A stretch of DNA of 61,213 bases, filler included, from 4 parts of 4 records of this genome joined end to end with filler, not necessarily neighbours in it, one strand, 5' to 3'. Positions 40,516-53,060 are shown, counted from the first letter of the whole stretch. Numbers and translations are program-made. The notes: generated by a model not told the origin, from the sequence alone.

Positions 40516-40675
40516 CGAAACTCCCGCGGTTCATCATCGAGCAATGAGCGGGAAAAAGTGTCACATACTTTTGATGCAAAGCACGCAGCAGGCCGTTCCG
40601 GCAAAAAGCACCTGACACTTTCTCCCAACCGTTCTTCGACAGTGATGCAACAGTTGGATTGGCCCGTGTGCCAGT

Positions 40676-41668
40676 TTACCCCAGCGCGACGGCGAGTGCT
40701 TCTCGAACGATGGGCAGAACTCGGTCTTGGACCTCATCCAACGTGCCTTCCAAAAAGGCTCCCGCGGCAGCTTTGTGGCCACCGCCGCCAAATTGACGAG
40801 CGACCTCGTTGCAATCCAAGCTGCAACGACTCCGAAAGCTCAATTTGAAACCACCTCGCACTTGCCCGACGAAGATTACACCGGCTTGGGTGCCACGAAT
40901 GGCCAACGTCAAATTGATCGCGTCCTCGGTGTCATTGGGTTGCGCGCCACACAACTCAAAGTCTTCTTTGTTGACCGATGTATAAACCAACGCCCCATCC
41001 ATCTCGGTGGTCGTTCGAGACAGAATCAGCCCGCGAAGTTTCAGCCGGCCGATCGTGTCACGTTCATACAGATCGCCGTAGACTTCGCTGGGAACGACAC
41101 CTGCATCGATCAAACGAGCGATCGTGCGGTATGTGTCCGATGTAACGCTCGGGAACCGGAACCATCCCGTGTCGGTCGCGATGGCAGCAAACAAAGGCGT
41201 CGCCATCGTTCGCGTCAGTGGAACATTCAGTGCATCGGCGGCTTGAACGACCAAATGACCTGTCGCTTCGGATTGGTAGTCCTTGTACATCCTCGCACCC
41301 AACTCATCTTCACCCACGTGGTGATCCAGCACCATCTTGTCGGCGCGAGACGCACGGATGACATCGCCCATGTCCCCAAGCTGAGCCCATGCGCTGGTGT
41401 CGAGAATCATAATGCAGTCCGCTTTCACATCTTCGGCCTCCACTGAATCGCCCAACACCTCGATGTTGCCAGCGGGATCCAAGAACGACAAAGCCGGCGG
41501 GGTCCGGTGAGCATTGATGATGCGAACATCCTTCCCAACCGCTCGCAGGACTTCTGCCATTCCCAATTCGCTGCCTAATGCATCGCAGTCGGGACGAATA
41601 TGGCTGACCAAAACGAACGATTGGTAATGTTGAATTTGATCAACAAATGCTTTCCAGTTAACTCCCAC
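40676..41668 (-). CDS. nrnA: DHH-family phosphoesterase (NrnA-like oligoribonuclease/pAp phosphatase)
   Basis: HIRPDCDALGS, ILD, LDHH, TDTG, SFRS and GGGHKAAAG. Confidence 0.9.
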   Translation of the reverse strand: MGVNWKAFVDQIQHYQSFVLVSHIRPDCDALGSELGMAEVLRAVGKDVRIINAHRTPPALSFLDPAGNIEVLGDSVEAEDVKADCIMILDTSAWAQLGDMGDVIRASRADKMVLDHHVGEDELGARMYKDYQSEATGHLVVQAADALNVPLTRTMATPLFAAIATDTGWFRFPSVTSDTYRTIARLIDAGVVPSEVYGDLYERDTIGRLKLRGLILSRTTTEMDGALVYTSVNKEDFELCGAQPNDTEDAINLTLAIRGTQAGVIFVGQVRGGFKLSFRSRCSLDCNEVARQFGGGGHKAAAGAFLEGTLDEVQDRVLPIVREALAVALG

Positions 41669-41683
41669 GAGCGGGTCTTTCTT

Positions 41684-42655
41684 TCAAGGTCGAGATTGAA
41701 GAGATGAAACCGTCTCACGAACGGTTTGCAAATCGATTTGCAATTGTTGTTTTAGGGCGGACGCGTCGGCGAACTTGATCACGCCCCGAACTTGACTCAC
41801 CAAAGTCAGCGACAACGATTTCCCATAAAGATCGCCATCATAGTCGAGCAAGTGGGCTTCGATCTTTGTCTCTTGGCGTTCGTTGAACGTTGGGTTCGGA
41901 CCAATGTGAACCGCGGCGGGATGATTGGTCGGTCCATCGCATTCATCTCCGCACGCCAGCGCCGCGTAAACACCGTGCTCAGGAAGCAAGGTCGTCACGC
42001 CGCCCAAATTCGCGGTGGGAAATCCCAATGTACGGCCGCGTTGTTCACCGGTCGTCACCACACCGGTCAGACGGTAGCGACTGCCGAGCATTTGATTCGC
42101 CAAGACGATATCACCTGATGCGATTGCTTCGCGAATGCGTGAACTGCTGACCATGCGTTCGTCGCGAACCGATGGAACCACGATCTCGACGTCAATTTGA
42201 CGCTCCGCAGCCAACTCTTTCAAACGAGTTGTGTTGCCGGCACGATCGCGTCCAAAGAAAAAATTCGGGCCTTCGATGATCGCCTTGGCTGACAACTGTT
42301 CCACAATCAATCGCTGGAAGAATTCTTCGGCGGTTTGATTCAAAAAATCGCGAGTGGCCTCGCAAACCAGCAAATGATCGATCCCCGAACCGGACATCAA
42401 CTCCGCCCGACGCGACAAACTGGTCAAACTGGGTGGTGCCCCGTGTGGCCGCAGCACCGATGCTGGGTGCGGATCCATCACGATTGCGATTGCTTTACCG
42501 CCAACCCGCTGAGCATGCCATCGGACACGTTCGAGCAAAGCACGGTGTCCCAAATGAACCCCATCAAAATTGCCGATACTGACCGCACCACCCTGAAGCG
42601 ATAGATGCAGGTCGGAGTCGCCCGCAAGGTCGCTCAAGTGGATCAGGGAAGTCAT
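41684..42655 (-). CDS. ribF: Bifunctional riboflavin kinase/FAD synthetase
   Basis: GNFDGVHLGH, VSSSRIR, GRTLGFPTAN, GVY and EAHLLD. Confidence 0.96.
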   Translation of the reverse strand: MTSLIHLSDLAGDSDLHLSLQGGAVSIGNFDGVHLGHRALLERVRWHAQRVGGKAIAIVMDPHPASVLRPHGAPPSLTSLSRRAELMSGSGIDHLLVCEATRDFLNQTAEEFFQRLIVEQLSAKAIIEGPNFFFGRDRAGNTTRLKELAAERQIDVEIVVPSVRDERMVSSSRIREAIASGDIVLANQMLGSRYRLTGVVTTGEQRGRTLGFPTANLGGVTTLLPEHGVYAALACGDECDGPTNHPAAVHIGPNPTFNERQETKIEAHLLDYDGDLYGKSLSLTLVSQVRGVIKFADASALKQQLQIDLQTVRETVSSLQSRP

Positions 42656-42773
42656 TCAAACGGAGCAGGGCAGGGGAGAGGCAAAAAGAAACGAACAGAT
42701 TGGCCTCAGTATGCCTGATTCACCTCGATTTCGTCAGATCCCATGGCGGGGCGCAATCTTTGATTCAGTGGCT

Positions 42774-43688
42774 TCAGTCCGCAGGCTGAGTCATTTCATC
42801 CGCGACCAAGGCCAACGCATCCAGTGCATGCAGAGAAGTCATGCCCGCGTGACTCCATCGGGACGCCGCCTCGTCACCACAGCGACCATGAATCCATACA
42901 CCCAACTTCGCCGCATCGGGACCGCTCAAACCTTGCCCAAGCAACGATGTCACGATGCCGGTCAACACGTCGCCGCAGCCCGCCGTGGCCATCCCTGGAT
43001 TGCCCGTTGTGTTCTGCCAAACCTGCTTTCCTCCGTCCCCATTTTGATACGCAACGTGTGACGGTCCACCTTTTACAACGATGGTCAAACCCAATCGACA
43101 CGCCAACTCTGCCGCGGCTTCGACTTGGGCATCGACATCCTTCGCAGACGCTCCCGTCAAACGCTGCAGCTCACCAGGATGTGGCGTCAGAACGCACGCG
43201 GCATCGGCCTTGCTTCTTTCGAACCGGCCATCTGAAAACCAATCGTTTTGAGCGATGATGTTCAACGCATCCGCATCCAAAACCAACGGCAGATCCTTTT
43301 TCGCGAGCAGCCCCTCCACGATCGTCGCCCCACCTGGTCCCGTCGTCATGCCGGGTCCACAACCGATGGCCGCCTGAGCTGACAATCGATCCTTCAACGA
43401 CTGCCACGCCGGATCGGCAAACTTCTCCCCGTCATCGCCCAGCCCAATTGTCATCAGCGCCGGATGAAAACCGGCTACACAATCCAGAATGCAATCGGGA
43501 ACCGCTGCCGCCACCAAACCCGATCCCGTATGCAGTGCAGCGATCGATGACAACGCGATCGAGCCCGCCATGCCGCGTGAGCCACCGATCAACAAAACGC
43601 GACCAAAATTGCCTTTGTGAGCCGATGCTTCGCGATGCGGAATCCGCAGCGGCGGCGGGCTGGTAGACTGAGTCTCAATGGATGGCAT
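42774..43688 (-). CDS. nnrD: ADP-dependent NAD(P)H-hydrate dehydratase (stand-alone)
   Basis: [30 protein letters not shown] and [10 protein letters not shown]. Confidence 0.93.
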   Translation of the reverse strand: MPSIETQSTSPPPLRIPHREASAHKGNFGRVLLIGGSRGMAGSIALSSIAALHTGSGLVAAAVPDCILDCVAGFHPALMTIGLGDDGEKFADPAWQSLKDRLSAQAAIGCGPGMTTGPGGATIVEGLLAKKDLPLVLDADALNIIAQNDWFSDGRFERSKADAACVLTPHPGELQRLTGASAKDVDAQVEAAAELACRLGLTIVVKGGPSHVAYQNGDGGKQVWQNTTGNPGMATAGCGDVLTGIVTSLLGQGLSGPDAAKLGVWIHGRCGDEAASRWSHAGMTSLHALDALALVADEMTQPAD

Positions 43689-43748
43689 TTCAGGCTCGCA
43701 GGTTGATTGTTTGTCACACTAAGCAGGTCGGCAGGAATGATCGGGTAG

Positions 43749-43848
43749 NNNNNNNNNNNNNNNNNNNNNNNNNNNNNNNNNNNNNNNNNNNNTTAATTAA
43801 TTAANNNNNNNNNNNNNNNNNNNNNNNNNNNNNNNNNNNNNNNNNNNN
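43749..43848. other. Artificial contig linker
   Basis: N44-TTAATTAATTAA-N44. Confidence 0.99.
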
Positions 43849-43849
43849 G

Positions 43850-44671
<822 letters not shown>

Positions 44672-44696
44672 GCCGCAACAGGTTTTGTCGATTACT

Positions 44697-44727
44697 AAAA
44701 AGCCGGAGCCTTGGGCTCCGGCTTTTT
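44697..44727. terminator. Bidirectional intrinsic terminator between clpA and purQ
   Basis: A5-GCCGGAGCC-TTG-GGCTCCGGC-T5. Confidence 0.9.
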
Positions 44728-44846
44728 ATATTCCGGTCATTCGACTGATCGGTATTCATGTGAATTGATATGATACACTGCGGCACATATCTCGCCGGAA
44801 ACTGATGTCTGTGTATTCAATCGTAAAACACAGCGGCCTATAATAT

Positions 44847-45521
44847 TCAGGCTGGTTGCAGTTGATCCAGCGCAGATTCGAACAGACGACGTCCGTCAAC
44901 GCCGCCATGGGCCGGTTCGATCAGATTTTCCGGGTGCGGCATCATTCCCAGAACGTTTCCGGTTTCGTTGACCAGTCCGGCAATGTCGTTGATTGATCCA
45001 TTTGGGTTTGTTCCGTCTGCATAACGGAATACCACCTGGCCAGTGCCTTCAATGGTCGAAAGCGTTTCTGCATCAGCGAAATAGTTACCATCATGATGGG
45101 CCACCGGGCAGCGAATGACTTCGTCGGCGCCGTAACCACGGGTAAAAGCTGTTTGATTGTTTGCAATGCTGAGGCGCACTTCGCGGCAAACGAACTTCAA
45201 CGAAGCGTTGCGCATCAGTGCACCGGGCAGCAGGCCTGTCTCCAGAAGGATTTGAAAACCATTGCAAACGCCGATCACACGCACACCTTTCGCAGCCTTT
45301 TCGGCGACTGCGCGCATAACCGGCATGCGCGCGGCAATCGCACCGCAGCGCAGATAGTCACCGTAGGAGAAACCGCCGGGAATGACGATCAGGTCCACGT
45401 CCGGAAGTTCTGTTTCCGTTTGCCAGACCGTGATGGGTGCTACGCCGGAAATCAGAGAAATGGCGGCATGCATATCGCGATCGCGGTTCAGGCCAGGAAG
45501 CTGGATGAGTGCGGTTTTCAT
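44847..45521 (-). CDS. purQ: FGAM synthase glutaminase subunit
   Basis: [18 protein letters not shown] and MPHPE. True start is ATG 45521 ([10 protein letters not shown]). Confidence 0.96.
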   Translation of the reverse strand: MKTALIQLPGLNRDRDMHAAISLISGVAPITVWQTETELPDVDLIVIPGGFSYGDYLRCGAIAARMPVMRAVAEKAAKGVRVIGVCNGFQILLETGLLPGALMRNASLKFVCREVRLSIANNQTAFTRGYGADEVIRCPVAHHDGNYFADAETLSTIEGTGQVVFRYADGTNPNGSINDIAGLVNETGNVLGMMPHPENLIEPAHGGVDGRRLFESALDQLQPA

Positions 45522-45546
45522 GTGTCTGGCAACCTTTTTGAAGCGC

Positions 45547-45789
45547 TTAGGAAAGCTCGACAGTGTAATCTTCGATAACCATGTTAGCGAGGAGCTTTTC
45601 GCACATCGCCGCTGCGTCGTTCTTTGCCTTTTCCCGATCATCGGTATCGAACCTGATGTCAAATACCTTGCCTTGCCTGGCTCCGGTGATGCCCTCAAAT
45701 CCCAGTCCCGCCAGAGCGCCTTCAATTGCTTTTCCCTGCGGGTCAAGAACGCCGTTCTTCAAAGTCACAATCACGCGTGCGTTGATCAC
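45547..45789 (-). CDS. purS: FGAM synthase subunit PurS
   Basis: [16 protein letters not shown] and MCEKLLAN. Confidence 0.96.
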   Translation of the reverse strand: MINARVIVTLKNGVLDPQGKAIEGALAGLGFEGITGARQGKVFDIRFDTDDREKAKNDAAAMCEKLLANMVIEDYTVELS

Positions 45790-45805
45790 TGATCCAGTCC
45801 TTCCG

Positions 45806-46570
45806 TCATTTCACGAGTACCGGTCCGGCAGCGCGTGCCGGTTCGTTTTCATTCATAATTCCAAGTCTTCGCGCAACCTCTGAATAGGCACGAAACAGAT
45901 CGCCGGAGTTTGTTGCCGCTGCGTCGCGATCAAGCCGCTCATGCGTCAAGATGTCCATAAGCCTGCAGGAGTCGGGTGAGATTTCGTCAGCGAGGATGAT
46001 GCGCATCATGTCGCCTTCGTAAAGACGGCCACATTCTATCTTGAAGTCCACAAGCTGAATACCGGCGCCGAGAAAGAGGCCGGTGAGAAAGTCATTGATC
46101 CGGATGGCAAGCGCCATGATGTCATCCAGCTCCGGCGGCGTGGCCCAGCCAAACGCTGTAATATGTTCTTCGGTCACAAGCGGGTTTTCAAGTTCATCGG
46201 CATTCAGGTTGAATTCGACGATGGATCGGGGCAGTGGTGTGCCTTCTTCGAGGCCCAGCCGCCGAGCCAGAGAGCCAGCCGCAATATTCCGCACCGAGAT
46301 GATCAACGGAACCATTTCAACTTCACGCACAAGCTGTTCGCGCATGTTCAGGCGTCGAATGAAATGGGTGGGGATGCCGATCGTGTTCAGGTGGCCAAAC
46401 ACATATTCGGAAATACGGTTGTTCAGCACACCCTTTCCGTCAATGATTCCAGCTGCACCCTTGCCGGCGGAAAAGGCATCATCTTTAAAAAACTGTATCA
46501 GCGTTCCCGGTTCCGGGCCCTCATACATGATTTTGCCTTTGCCTTCGAAGACACGGCGGCGACGACTCAT
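45806..46570 (-). CDS. purC: SAICAR synthetase homolog with altered active-site residues
   Basis: [34 protein letters not shown] and [10 protein letters not shown]; operon position. Several catalytic positions are changed (see findings). Confidence 0.9.
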   Translation of the reverse strand: MSRRRRVFEGKGKIMYEGPEPGTLIQFFKDDAFSAGKGAAGIIDGKGVLNNRISEYVFGHLNTIGIPTHFIRRLNMREQLVREVEMVPLIISVRNIAAGSLARRLGLEEGTPLPRSIVEFNLNADELENPLVTEEHITAFGWATPPELDDIMALAIRINDFLTGLFLGAGIQLVDFKIECGRLYEGDMMRIILADEISPDSCRLMDILTHERLDRDAAATNSGDLFRAYSEVARRLGIMNENEPARAAGPVLVK

Positions 46571-46837
46571 TGTTGATCTCTTAAAAACGGGCGCACCCTA
46601 AGAAAGTGCGCGGTCAAGTTCCATATCCCCCCGCATAGCGAATAAGCGTGGGTTTCTCAATCAGGCGGATCTGCTTTTCATCGTTTACCTTCGCAAAACC
46701 ACACTGATCATGCATCTTACACTAAATCGTGTTCAAAATTTAATCGAATAAATTCAACAAATCGAATTATGCGACTTTTCAAAGTTCAATTTTAAATCCA
46801 TCATTTTTGATAGAGGTCAGCTTTGGAGGAGGTGCCG

Positions 46838-47167
46838 ATGACGTCAACCATTCTTTCAGATCGCGAACGGGCCTTTGAAGCAGCGTTCGTTCAGCAGGAG
46901 GCGGCTCGGTTCCGGACGGTTGCCCGACGTAATCGTATGCTTGCGGCATGGGCTGCTGATTTGCTCGGACGTGAAGATGCTGATGTATTTGCCAGTGAAG
47001 TTATTGCTGCCGATTTTACACGGACCGGCGAGAACGATGTTGTGCGGAAATTGATGCATGATTTTGAGGTTGCAGGGATTGTCATGGAGGAAGAAGTGCT
47101 GCGGCTGAAGATGCATTCACTGATGCAGGCAGCCAGCCAGCAAATGGATGGCAACCGGCAAAACTGA
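46838..47167 (+). CDS. DUF1476 protein / F1Fo ATPase inhibitor zeta subunit
   Basis: DRERAFE, ARRNRMLAAWAA and DVVRKL; strong GGAGGAGG RBS before ATG 46838; divergent from purC. Confidence 0.85.
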   Translation: MTSTILSDRERAFEAAFVQQEAARFRTVARRNRMLAAWAADLLGREDADVFASEVIAADFTRTGENDVVRKLMHDFEVAGIVMEEEVLRLKMHSLMQAASQQMDGNRQN

Positions 47168-47248
47168 ACCTTTCTGTCTCTCCCTCTCAAAAAGGCACCC
47201 ATCGGCCCGTTTGAACATACGCCGGATCCAAACGAATGGCTGGAAAAT

Positions 47249-48463
47249 TTATGTTTCCAGACGAATAATACCAACACTTGTACCGGAAACAGCTTCCGGC
47301 GAGTTCGGTGACCGTACAATCAGGCAATCAGCATTAGCCAGTGAACGAAGTAGAGACGAGTCCTGACTGGCAAGAGCACGGATACGGGTTTGTGCTTCGT
47401 CTGTGAAAACGCCGCGCATATAATGCTGGCGCGGACCGTTGGCGGGTAGATCTTCCGTCAGTGTTGCCGAAGCCTCACGGTTTCGCAGTGACAAATGTCC
47501 CAATTTCCGTAGCAGCGGCTCGACAAAAACCAGTGCGCAGACAAAGCTCGAAACCGGATTGCCGGGCAGGCCCAGTACCTGCATTGCGCCCAGCCTGCCA
47601 ACCATCAGCGGCTTCCCCGGACGCATGGCAATTTTCCAGAAATCAAGCGCCATACCCATTTCGCTCAGAACCGGTTTAACCAGATCATGATCACCGACAG
47701 AAGCGCCACCAATGGTGATCAGAATATCAGCATTTTCCGCGCGCGCGCGGTTTACAGCGGTTTCAATTTCCGATTTTTGATCGCGGGCAATGCCAAGATC
47801 AAGCACCTCTGCACCGTTTTCCCGGGCAATGGCGGCGATGGCAATGCTGCCGGATGCCGATATCTGTCCCGGACCGGGAATCGTGCCCGGCGGAACAAGC
47901 TCGTTTCCGGTCGCAAGAACCGCGACACGGACGCGACGGTAAACCTCAAGGCTTCCATAACCAGCAGCGGCGGCCAGAGAAAGGTTTCTGGCATCAAGCT
48001 GTGTTCCCGCCCGAAGCAGTATCTGGCCTTCGGAAAAATCCTGCCCGGCGCGGCGGATATTGGCGCCGTGCTTCGCTGCCGTTTTAACCCGCAAGCCGCC
48101 GCAGTCAGCGTGCTCGGTATTCTCCTGAATGAGAACGGATGCGGCTCCAGGGGGGAGTGGTGCGCCTGTGAAAATTCTGACAGCGTGGCCGGGGGTGACA
48201 ACATGGTCGGTCACAAGTCCGGCCGACACCTCGCCGGTAACACGAAGAACGATCCCAGGGCGGTCGCAGTCATCGGCGTGAACGGCATATCCATCCATTG
48301 CCGAGGTATCAAACGGAGGTTGTGTGATTTTCGCTGATATATCACATGAGATAGTACGGCCAATAGCTTGATCTAAAACAATTGTTTCTGTTTCATTGAT
48401 GGGTTTCGTCGCGCCGATAATCTGCGCTTTCGCTTCTTCAACCGATAACAGAGACGCCGTCAT
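47249..48463 (-). CDS. moeA: Molybdopterin molybdotransferase
   Basis: PPFDTSAMDGYA, TGAP, TGNEL, GGASVGDHD, RPGKP and LPGNPVS. Confidence 0.95.
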   Translation of the reverse strand: MTASLLSVEEAKAQIIGATKPINETETIVLDQAIGRTISCDISAKITQPPFDTSAMDGYAVHADDCDRPGIVLRVTGEVSAGLVTDHVVTPGHAVRIFTGAPLPPGAASVLIQENTEHADCGGLRVKTAAKHGANIRRAGQDFSEGQILLRAGTQLDARNLSLAAAAGYGSLEVYRRVRVAVLATGNELVPPGTIPGPGQISASGSIAIAAIARENGAEVLDLGIARDQKSEIETAVNRARAENADILITIGGASVGDHDLVKPVLSEMGMALDFWKIAMRPGKPLMVGRLGAMQVLGLPGNPVSSFVCALVFVEPLLRKLGHLSLRNREASATLTEDLPANGPRQHYMRGVFTDEAQTRIRALASQDSSLLRSLANADCLIVRSPNSPEAVSGTSVGIIRLET

Positions 48464-48469
48464 ATCGCT

Positions 48470-48970
48470 TCAATCCTGTGGGCTTCGATGGTAGTCGTCG
48501 CTCTTGCCGCCGGTTTTCTCGACCAGGCGAATTGCGCTGATTTCCATTTCACGATCAGCGGCTTTTGCCATGTCATAGATGGTCAGGCACGCGACCGACA
48601 CCGCCGTCAATGCTTCCATTTCAACACCGGTACGGTCTGTGAGCGATGCTGTTGCGACAACCTTCAGGCCGGGCAATGTGTCATCCGGCTCAATATCGAC
48701 TGAAATCTTCGTGAGCATGAGCGGATGGCAAAGCGGAATCAGGCTTGCGGTTTGCTTTGCGCCCATAATTCCAGCCAAGCGCGCAGTTGCGATAACGTCA
48801 CCTTTTTTGGCATTCCCTTGCTGAATGAGAAGAAGCGTTTCGGCTTTCATTCGTACAAAGCCTTCTGCCGTAGCAGATCGGCGCGTCTCGTTCTTGCGCC
48901 CGACGTCGACCATGCGGGCTTCACCGTCACTGGAAATATGTGTCAGTCCTGCTGGCAGTTTCGAGCTCAT
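48470..48970 (-). CDS. moaC: Cyclic pyranopterin monophosphate synthase
   Basis: [27 protein letters not shown] and YDMAKA. Confidence 0.97.
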   Translation of the reverse strand: MSSKLPAGLTHISSDGEARMVDVGRKNETRRSATAEGFVRMKAETLLLIQQGNAKKGDVIATARLAGIMGAKQTASLIPLCHPLMLTKISVDIEPDDTLPGLKVVATASLTDRTGVEMEALTAVSVACLTIYDMAKAADREMEISAIRLVEKTGGKSDDYHRSPQD

Positions 48971-49782
48971 CAGGTTTCGTCTTTCCCGGATTTGCCAGTC
49001 AGAAGCTGGCGAGTGGCGGCCGTGATATCACCTTTGCGCATCAGGCTTTCTCCAACGAGAAAGGTTGAAATGCCACTCTTGGACAGTCGCAAGCAGTCAT
49101 CGTGAACGAAAATGCCACTCTCGCCAACGATGAGACGTTCCTCTCCGATCATGCCTGAAAGCCGCTCGCTGATTTCGAGAGAGACTTCGAAATTGCGCAG
49201 ATTGCGATTATTGATCCCGATCAGAGGGGACGACAGCTTCAGTGCGCGGGCGCATTCTTCCGCATCGTGAACCTCGACAAGAGCATCCATTCCAAGCTCG
49301 AATGCCGTATCCTGAAGCTGCTTCGCCTCATCATCACTGAGGCTTGCCATAATGATCAGAATACAGTCTGCGCCCCAGGCCCGGGCCTCATAAATCTGGT
49401 AGGGCTCAAACATGAAATCCTTGCGCAAGGCCGGAAGGGCGCAGGCATCTCGCGCCGCAGCCAGGAATTCCGGCGCGCCCTGAAAGCTGGGCGTATCGGT
49501 CAAAACCGAAAGGCAGGCGGCACCGCCATCCTCATAGGCTTTTGCAAAGGCCGGCGGGTCAAAGTCGGGACGGATCAGGCCTTTCGATGGGCTGGCCTTC
49601 TTGATTTCCGCGATCAGGCCTAACGCACCCTTTTCCTTCTTTGCTCGCAGTGCATTCAGAAAGCCGCGAGGCGGTGCCTGGTCTTGAATGGCAGCCTTAA
49701 GCTCCTCAACTGGTCTTGCTGTTTTTGCTGCCGCGATTTCTTCGCGCTTATAGGCTTCGATTTTCTTCAGGATATCAGTCAT
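48970..49782 (-). CDS. trpC: Indole-3-glycerol phosphate synthase
   Basis: [30 protein letters not shown] and ESGI. Confidence 0.97.
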   Translation of the reverse strand: MTDILKKIEAYKREEIAAAKTARPVEELKAAIQDQAPPRGFLNALRAKKEKGALGLIAEIKKASPSKGLIRPDFDPPAFAKAYEDGGAACLSVLTDTPSFQGAPEFLAAARDACALPALRKDFMFEPYQIYEARAWGADCILIIMASLSDDEAKQLQDTAFELGMDALVEVHDAEECARALKLSSPLIGINNRNLRNFEVSLEISERLSGMIGEERLIVGESGIFVHDDCLRLSKSGISTFLVGESLMRKGDITAATRQLLTGKSGKDET

Positions 49783-50806
49783 CGGCGACGTCCTGCTTTT
49801 CGTTTGAAACCGCGATCAGGCGGTCAAGTGCGAGTGCAGCCTTGCCGTTGTCCAGCGCGTCAGAGGCAATCCTCATGGCATCAGACAGAGTTTCACCTTT
49901 GCCGGCGATCATCAGCGCAGCAGCGGCGTTGCAAAGTGCTACATCACGGTAAGCGTTCTTATGGCCGGAAAGGACGGCACGCAAGGCTCTCGCGTTGACC
50001 TTGCCATCCCCTCCTTTGAGCGCGTTGATATCGACAGGTTCAACGCCGAAATCGGAAGGTGTCAGCGTATATTCGCTGATCTTGCCATTTACGAGTTCCG
50101 CGACTTGCGTTTCACCTGTTGTCGTTATTTCATCCAGCCCCGAGCCGTGGACGACCCAGATGTGCTCGGCTTCAAGATCGCGCAGAACTTCGGCAATCGG
50201 GTGCAACCAATCCGGTGAATAGACGCCGAGCAACTGACGTTTCACACCGGCCGGATTGGCGAGCGGTCCGAGAATATTGAAAACCGTTCGCGTGCCAAGC
50301 TCAACACGTGTCGGCCCGACATGTCGCATGGCCGAGTGATGAGTCTGTGCGAACATGAAGCCGATCCCGGCCTCGCGAATACAGCGTGAAATGACATCCG
50401 GTTCGATTTCAAGCTCGACGCCAAGTTCCGAAAGGCTGTCGGCGGCGCCGGATTTCGAGCTGAGTGCGCGATTGCCATGTTTTGCAACTGTAACACCGGC
50501 ACCGGCGGCAATAAGTGCCGCCAGTGTGGAGATGTTGTAGGTCCCCGAACCGTCGCCACCGGTTCCAACGATATCGACTGCATCTTCCGGCGCTTCGACG
50601 CGAAGCATCTTCTCGCGCATCGTAGTCACTGCACCAACGATTTCGTCAACCGTTTCGCCCTTCACGCGCAGCGCCATCAGAAACCCACCGATTTGGGATG
50701 GCGTGGCCTCACCGGACATCAGGATATCGAATGCGGCATGAGCTTCCGTACTGGAAAGCGACTCACGATTGGCGATTTTAGCGATGAAGGGCTTCAATGC
50801 GGACAT
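49775..50806 (-). CDS. trpD: Anthranilate phosphoribosyltransferase
   Basis: [27 protein letters not shown] and GLDE. Confidence 0.97.
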   Translation of the reverse strand: MSALKPFIAKIANRESLSSTEAHAAFDILMSGEATPSQIGGFLMALRVKGETVDEIVGAVTTMREKMLRVEAPEDAVDIVGTGGDGSGTYNISTLAALIAAGAGVTVAKHGNRALSSKSGAADSLSELGVELEIEPDVISRCIREAGIGFMFAQTHHSAMRHVGPTRVELGTRTVFNILGPLANPAGVKRQLLGVYSPDWLHPIAEVLRDLEAEHIWVVHGSGLDEITTTGETQVAELVNGKISEYTLTPSDFGVEPVDINALKGGDGKVNARALRAVLSGHKNAYRDVALCNAAAALMIAGKGETLSDAMRIASDALDNGKAALALDRLIAVSNEKQDVADD

Positions 50807-50820
50807 GACAAGACTTTCAT

Positions 50821-52716
50821 TTACTGCAGATTGATCGCCTGCTGCGCGAGTGTCTGATTGATAGACACACCATATTCACTTTGCAGCTTTTTGATCATCT
50901 CATCCAGAATATCGTCACCGGCAGACGATGCAATTGCCGTTACAGCCTGGTTATCATTGGCCGAAACTGCGCCGTCACCGGTATTGTTGACCGAAGTAAC
51001 CTTGAGCACGATCTGTTCGTCACCACCATTGATTGGCGCAGTCGCTACAGTTCCAAGCGGACCACTGAAGGCGGCGGCAACACCCTGAGGGCCAAGAGCA
51101 GAATTCTGTGACGTGCGGGTGATCGAGCCGCTCTGCTGCACTTCGATTGCGAGATCGTCAGCAATCTGCTGCAGAGGGGTTCCGTCCTCGACCTGTTGCC
51201 GGAACTCATCGGCCTTTGCGGCAAGTGCCTCAGATTGCTGCTCAGCAGCCCAGTCAGCTTCCACCTGGTCTCGAACTTCATCAAAAGTCCTGTCGCGTGC
51301 GGGAGTGATATCAGTTACTTCATACCAGACAACACCGCCGTTGTTCAGTGTCAGCGGCAGGTTCTCAAGTTCGACATCTGTATCGAAAGCAGCAGAGATC
51401 AACTCAGTTCCCAGCGGAATGTTTTCGACGGTATTGCCGTCTTCATCCGTACCGTTGGCGGCAATCGATTCAATGGTCTTCGTTTCAAGTCCAAGGCTTT
51501 TTGCTGCTTCTGCCATCGTCGAGCCGCCGGCGCGCATATCCTCATACTGGTCTTCAACGTCAAGAATATCGTTTGCAGCCTGCTGCTGTGCCAGTTCACT
51601 ACGGATTTCGTCTTCGACTTCGGAAAGCGGGGTTACAGCTTCGGGGGTGATTTCGGTCACACGGATAATGACGGGACCGAAGGTACCCTGAACGACGTCA
51701 CTTGTTCCGCCTTCCTCATCAATGGCAAAGGCGGCGCTGTCGATGTTGCTGTCGGGGAAGTCGCCCTTTTCATAGGTACCCAGCGAAACATCGGCAATCG
51801 TCTTGCCATGTTCGGTTACCAGCTGATCGAATGATTTCTCTCCGTCGGCGAGTTGCTGAGCAGCCTGTTCGGCATCGGCCTGATCGGCAAACGTTAACTG
51901 CTGTATGGCCCGCGTTTCAGGCGTTGTGTAAGTCTGCTGTCGCGCTTCATAGTCCTGCTTGACGGCTTCATCCGTCACGGTTGCCGGGTCGGCAATATCG
52001 GCAGGCGTCAGTGCAACGTATTCGACGGTCCTGTATTCCGGTGCTCGATAGGCGGGTCTACGCTTTTCAAACCAGGGCTTCAGCACATCTGCACCCGGCG
52101 TTTTGATCGGGGCGATAAAAGCGTTGGTTAATTCGATATACTCAACCGCGCGGGATTGGTTGCGATATTGGTGAATTGCATCGGTCAGTGTTTTCGGCGG
52201 ATCGAACCCATCGGCAAGGCCGTCAACGATCTGGCCGCGAACGGCGACTTTGCTGCGTTCGGCGACATAGTCATCTTCGTTCATGCCTACGCTTCGCAGG
52301 AGTGAGCTGAAACGCTGTCGGTCAAACTGGCCGTTTGCATTCTGGAAAGCCGGGTCCTGCGCAATCAACGATGCCAGACGCTGCTCGGAGAGGCCGAGGT
52401 TCATGTTGTCGGCGAGCTGATCAAGTGCAGCACCGGCGACCAACTGGGCGTAGACCTGCTGATCGACGCCAAGCATCCGTGCCTGCTCGGATGTAAGACG
52501 TTGTCCGTATTGCTGATTCAGACTGTTGAGCTGACGCTGGTAGGCCAGACGAAATTCATTCACGTCGACTGTTTTGCTGCCGACCTGCACAACGACGTCC
52601 GAATTGCCCGAAAGAAGCGCGCTGGAGGCTCCCCATACGCCAAACGAGATAATTAGAAGGATGATCAGGAGTTTCGCGACCCAGGTCTGGGCGCCTTTCC
52701 GCAGTGTTTCGAGCAT
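50821..52716 (-). CDS. ppiD: PpiD-like periplasmic chaperone / parvulin PPIase
   Basis: N-terminal TM anchor, SurA-N-like helical domain ([12 protein letters not shown]), rotamase-like region; typical position upstream of trpD. Confidence 0.85.
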   Translation of the reverse strand: MLETLRKGAQTWVAKLLIILLIISFGVWGASSALLSGNSDVVVQVGSKTVDVNEFRLAYQRQLNSLNQQYGQRLTSEQARMLGVDQQVYAQLVAGAALDQLADNMNLGLSEQRLASLIAQDPAFQNANGQFDRQRFSSLLRSVGMNEDDYVAERSKVAVRGQIVDGLADGFDPPKTLTDAIHQYRNQSRAVEYIELTNAFIAPIKTPGADVLKPWFEKRRPAYRAPEYRTVEYVALTPADIADPATVTDEAVKQDYEARQQTYTTPETRAIQQLTFADQADAEQAAQQLADGEKSFDQLVTEHGKTIADVSLGTYEKGDFPDSNIDSAAFAIDEEGGTSDVVQGTFGPVIIRVTEITPEAVTPLSEVEDEIRSELAQQQAANDILDVEDQYEDMRAGGSTMAEAAKSLGLETKTIESIAANGTDEDGNTVENIPLGTELISAAFDTDVELENLPLTLNNGGVVWYEVTDITPARDRTFDEVRDQVEADWAAEQQSEALAAKADEFRQQVEDGTPLQQIADDLAIEVQQSGSITRTSQNSALGPQGVAAAFSGPLGTVATAPINGGDEQIVLKVTSVNNTGDGAVSANDNQAVTAIASSAGDDILDEMIKKLQSEYGVSINQTLAQQAINLQ

Positions 52717-53060
52717 TATTCAGCAAATCCTGTTTGCGGGATCGTCGGTTCAATCGTGGCTTCTTAGACCAAGATGGAGCGGAATTGAAGAGACAGGTCT
52801 CGCTTGGCTGATGAAAGAAGCAGGAGAGTAGCCAAGAATCTGTTTCTGGATGCCGACTCTGGATGCCGATTGCCCCTTCGATATTGATATCTGTCGCAGT
52901 CGCACGATTTGCCGGACCACGCCGTCGCACATAACACCGAAAACCTGAATAGGGTCTCCTTCAACGCGTTGTTAAGCCTCTTTCGGTTAAAGATGGCAAT
53001 GAAAAATGCGAGGGGCAGAAACGATGAAACCCGCGCAAAGATAAAGGCGGGCAGGCAGTC

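Noticed and set aside
28894-43688. Many long antisense and overlapping ORFs in the GC-rich segments (for example 29362-30306, 31738-32532, 40727-41446)
   Set aside because: Shadow ORFs expected from GC-rich codon bias opposite well-supported genes; no motifs.
45522-45746. 75-aa N-terminal extension of PurQ suggesting a fusion or frameshift with purS
   Set aside because: It is an alternative frame over purS; PurQ homology starts at ATG 45521 and purS has its own stop.
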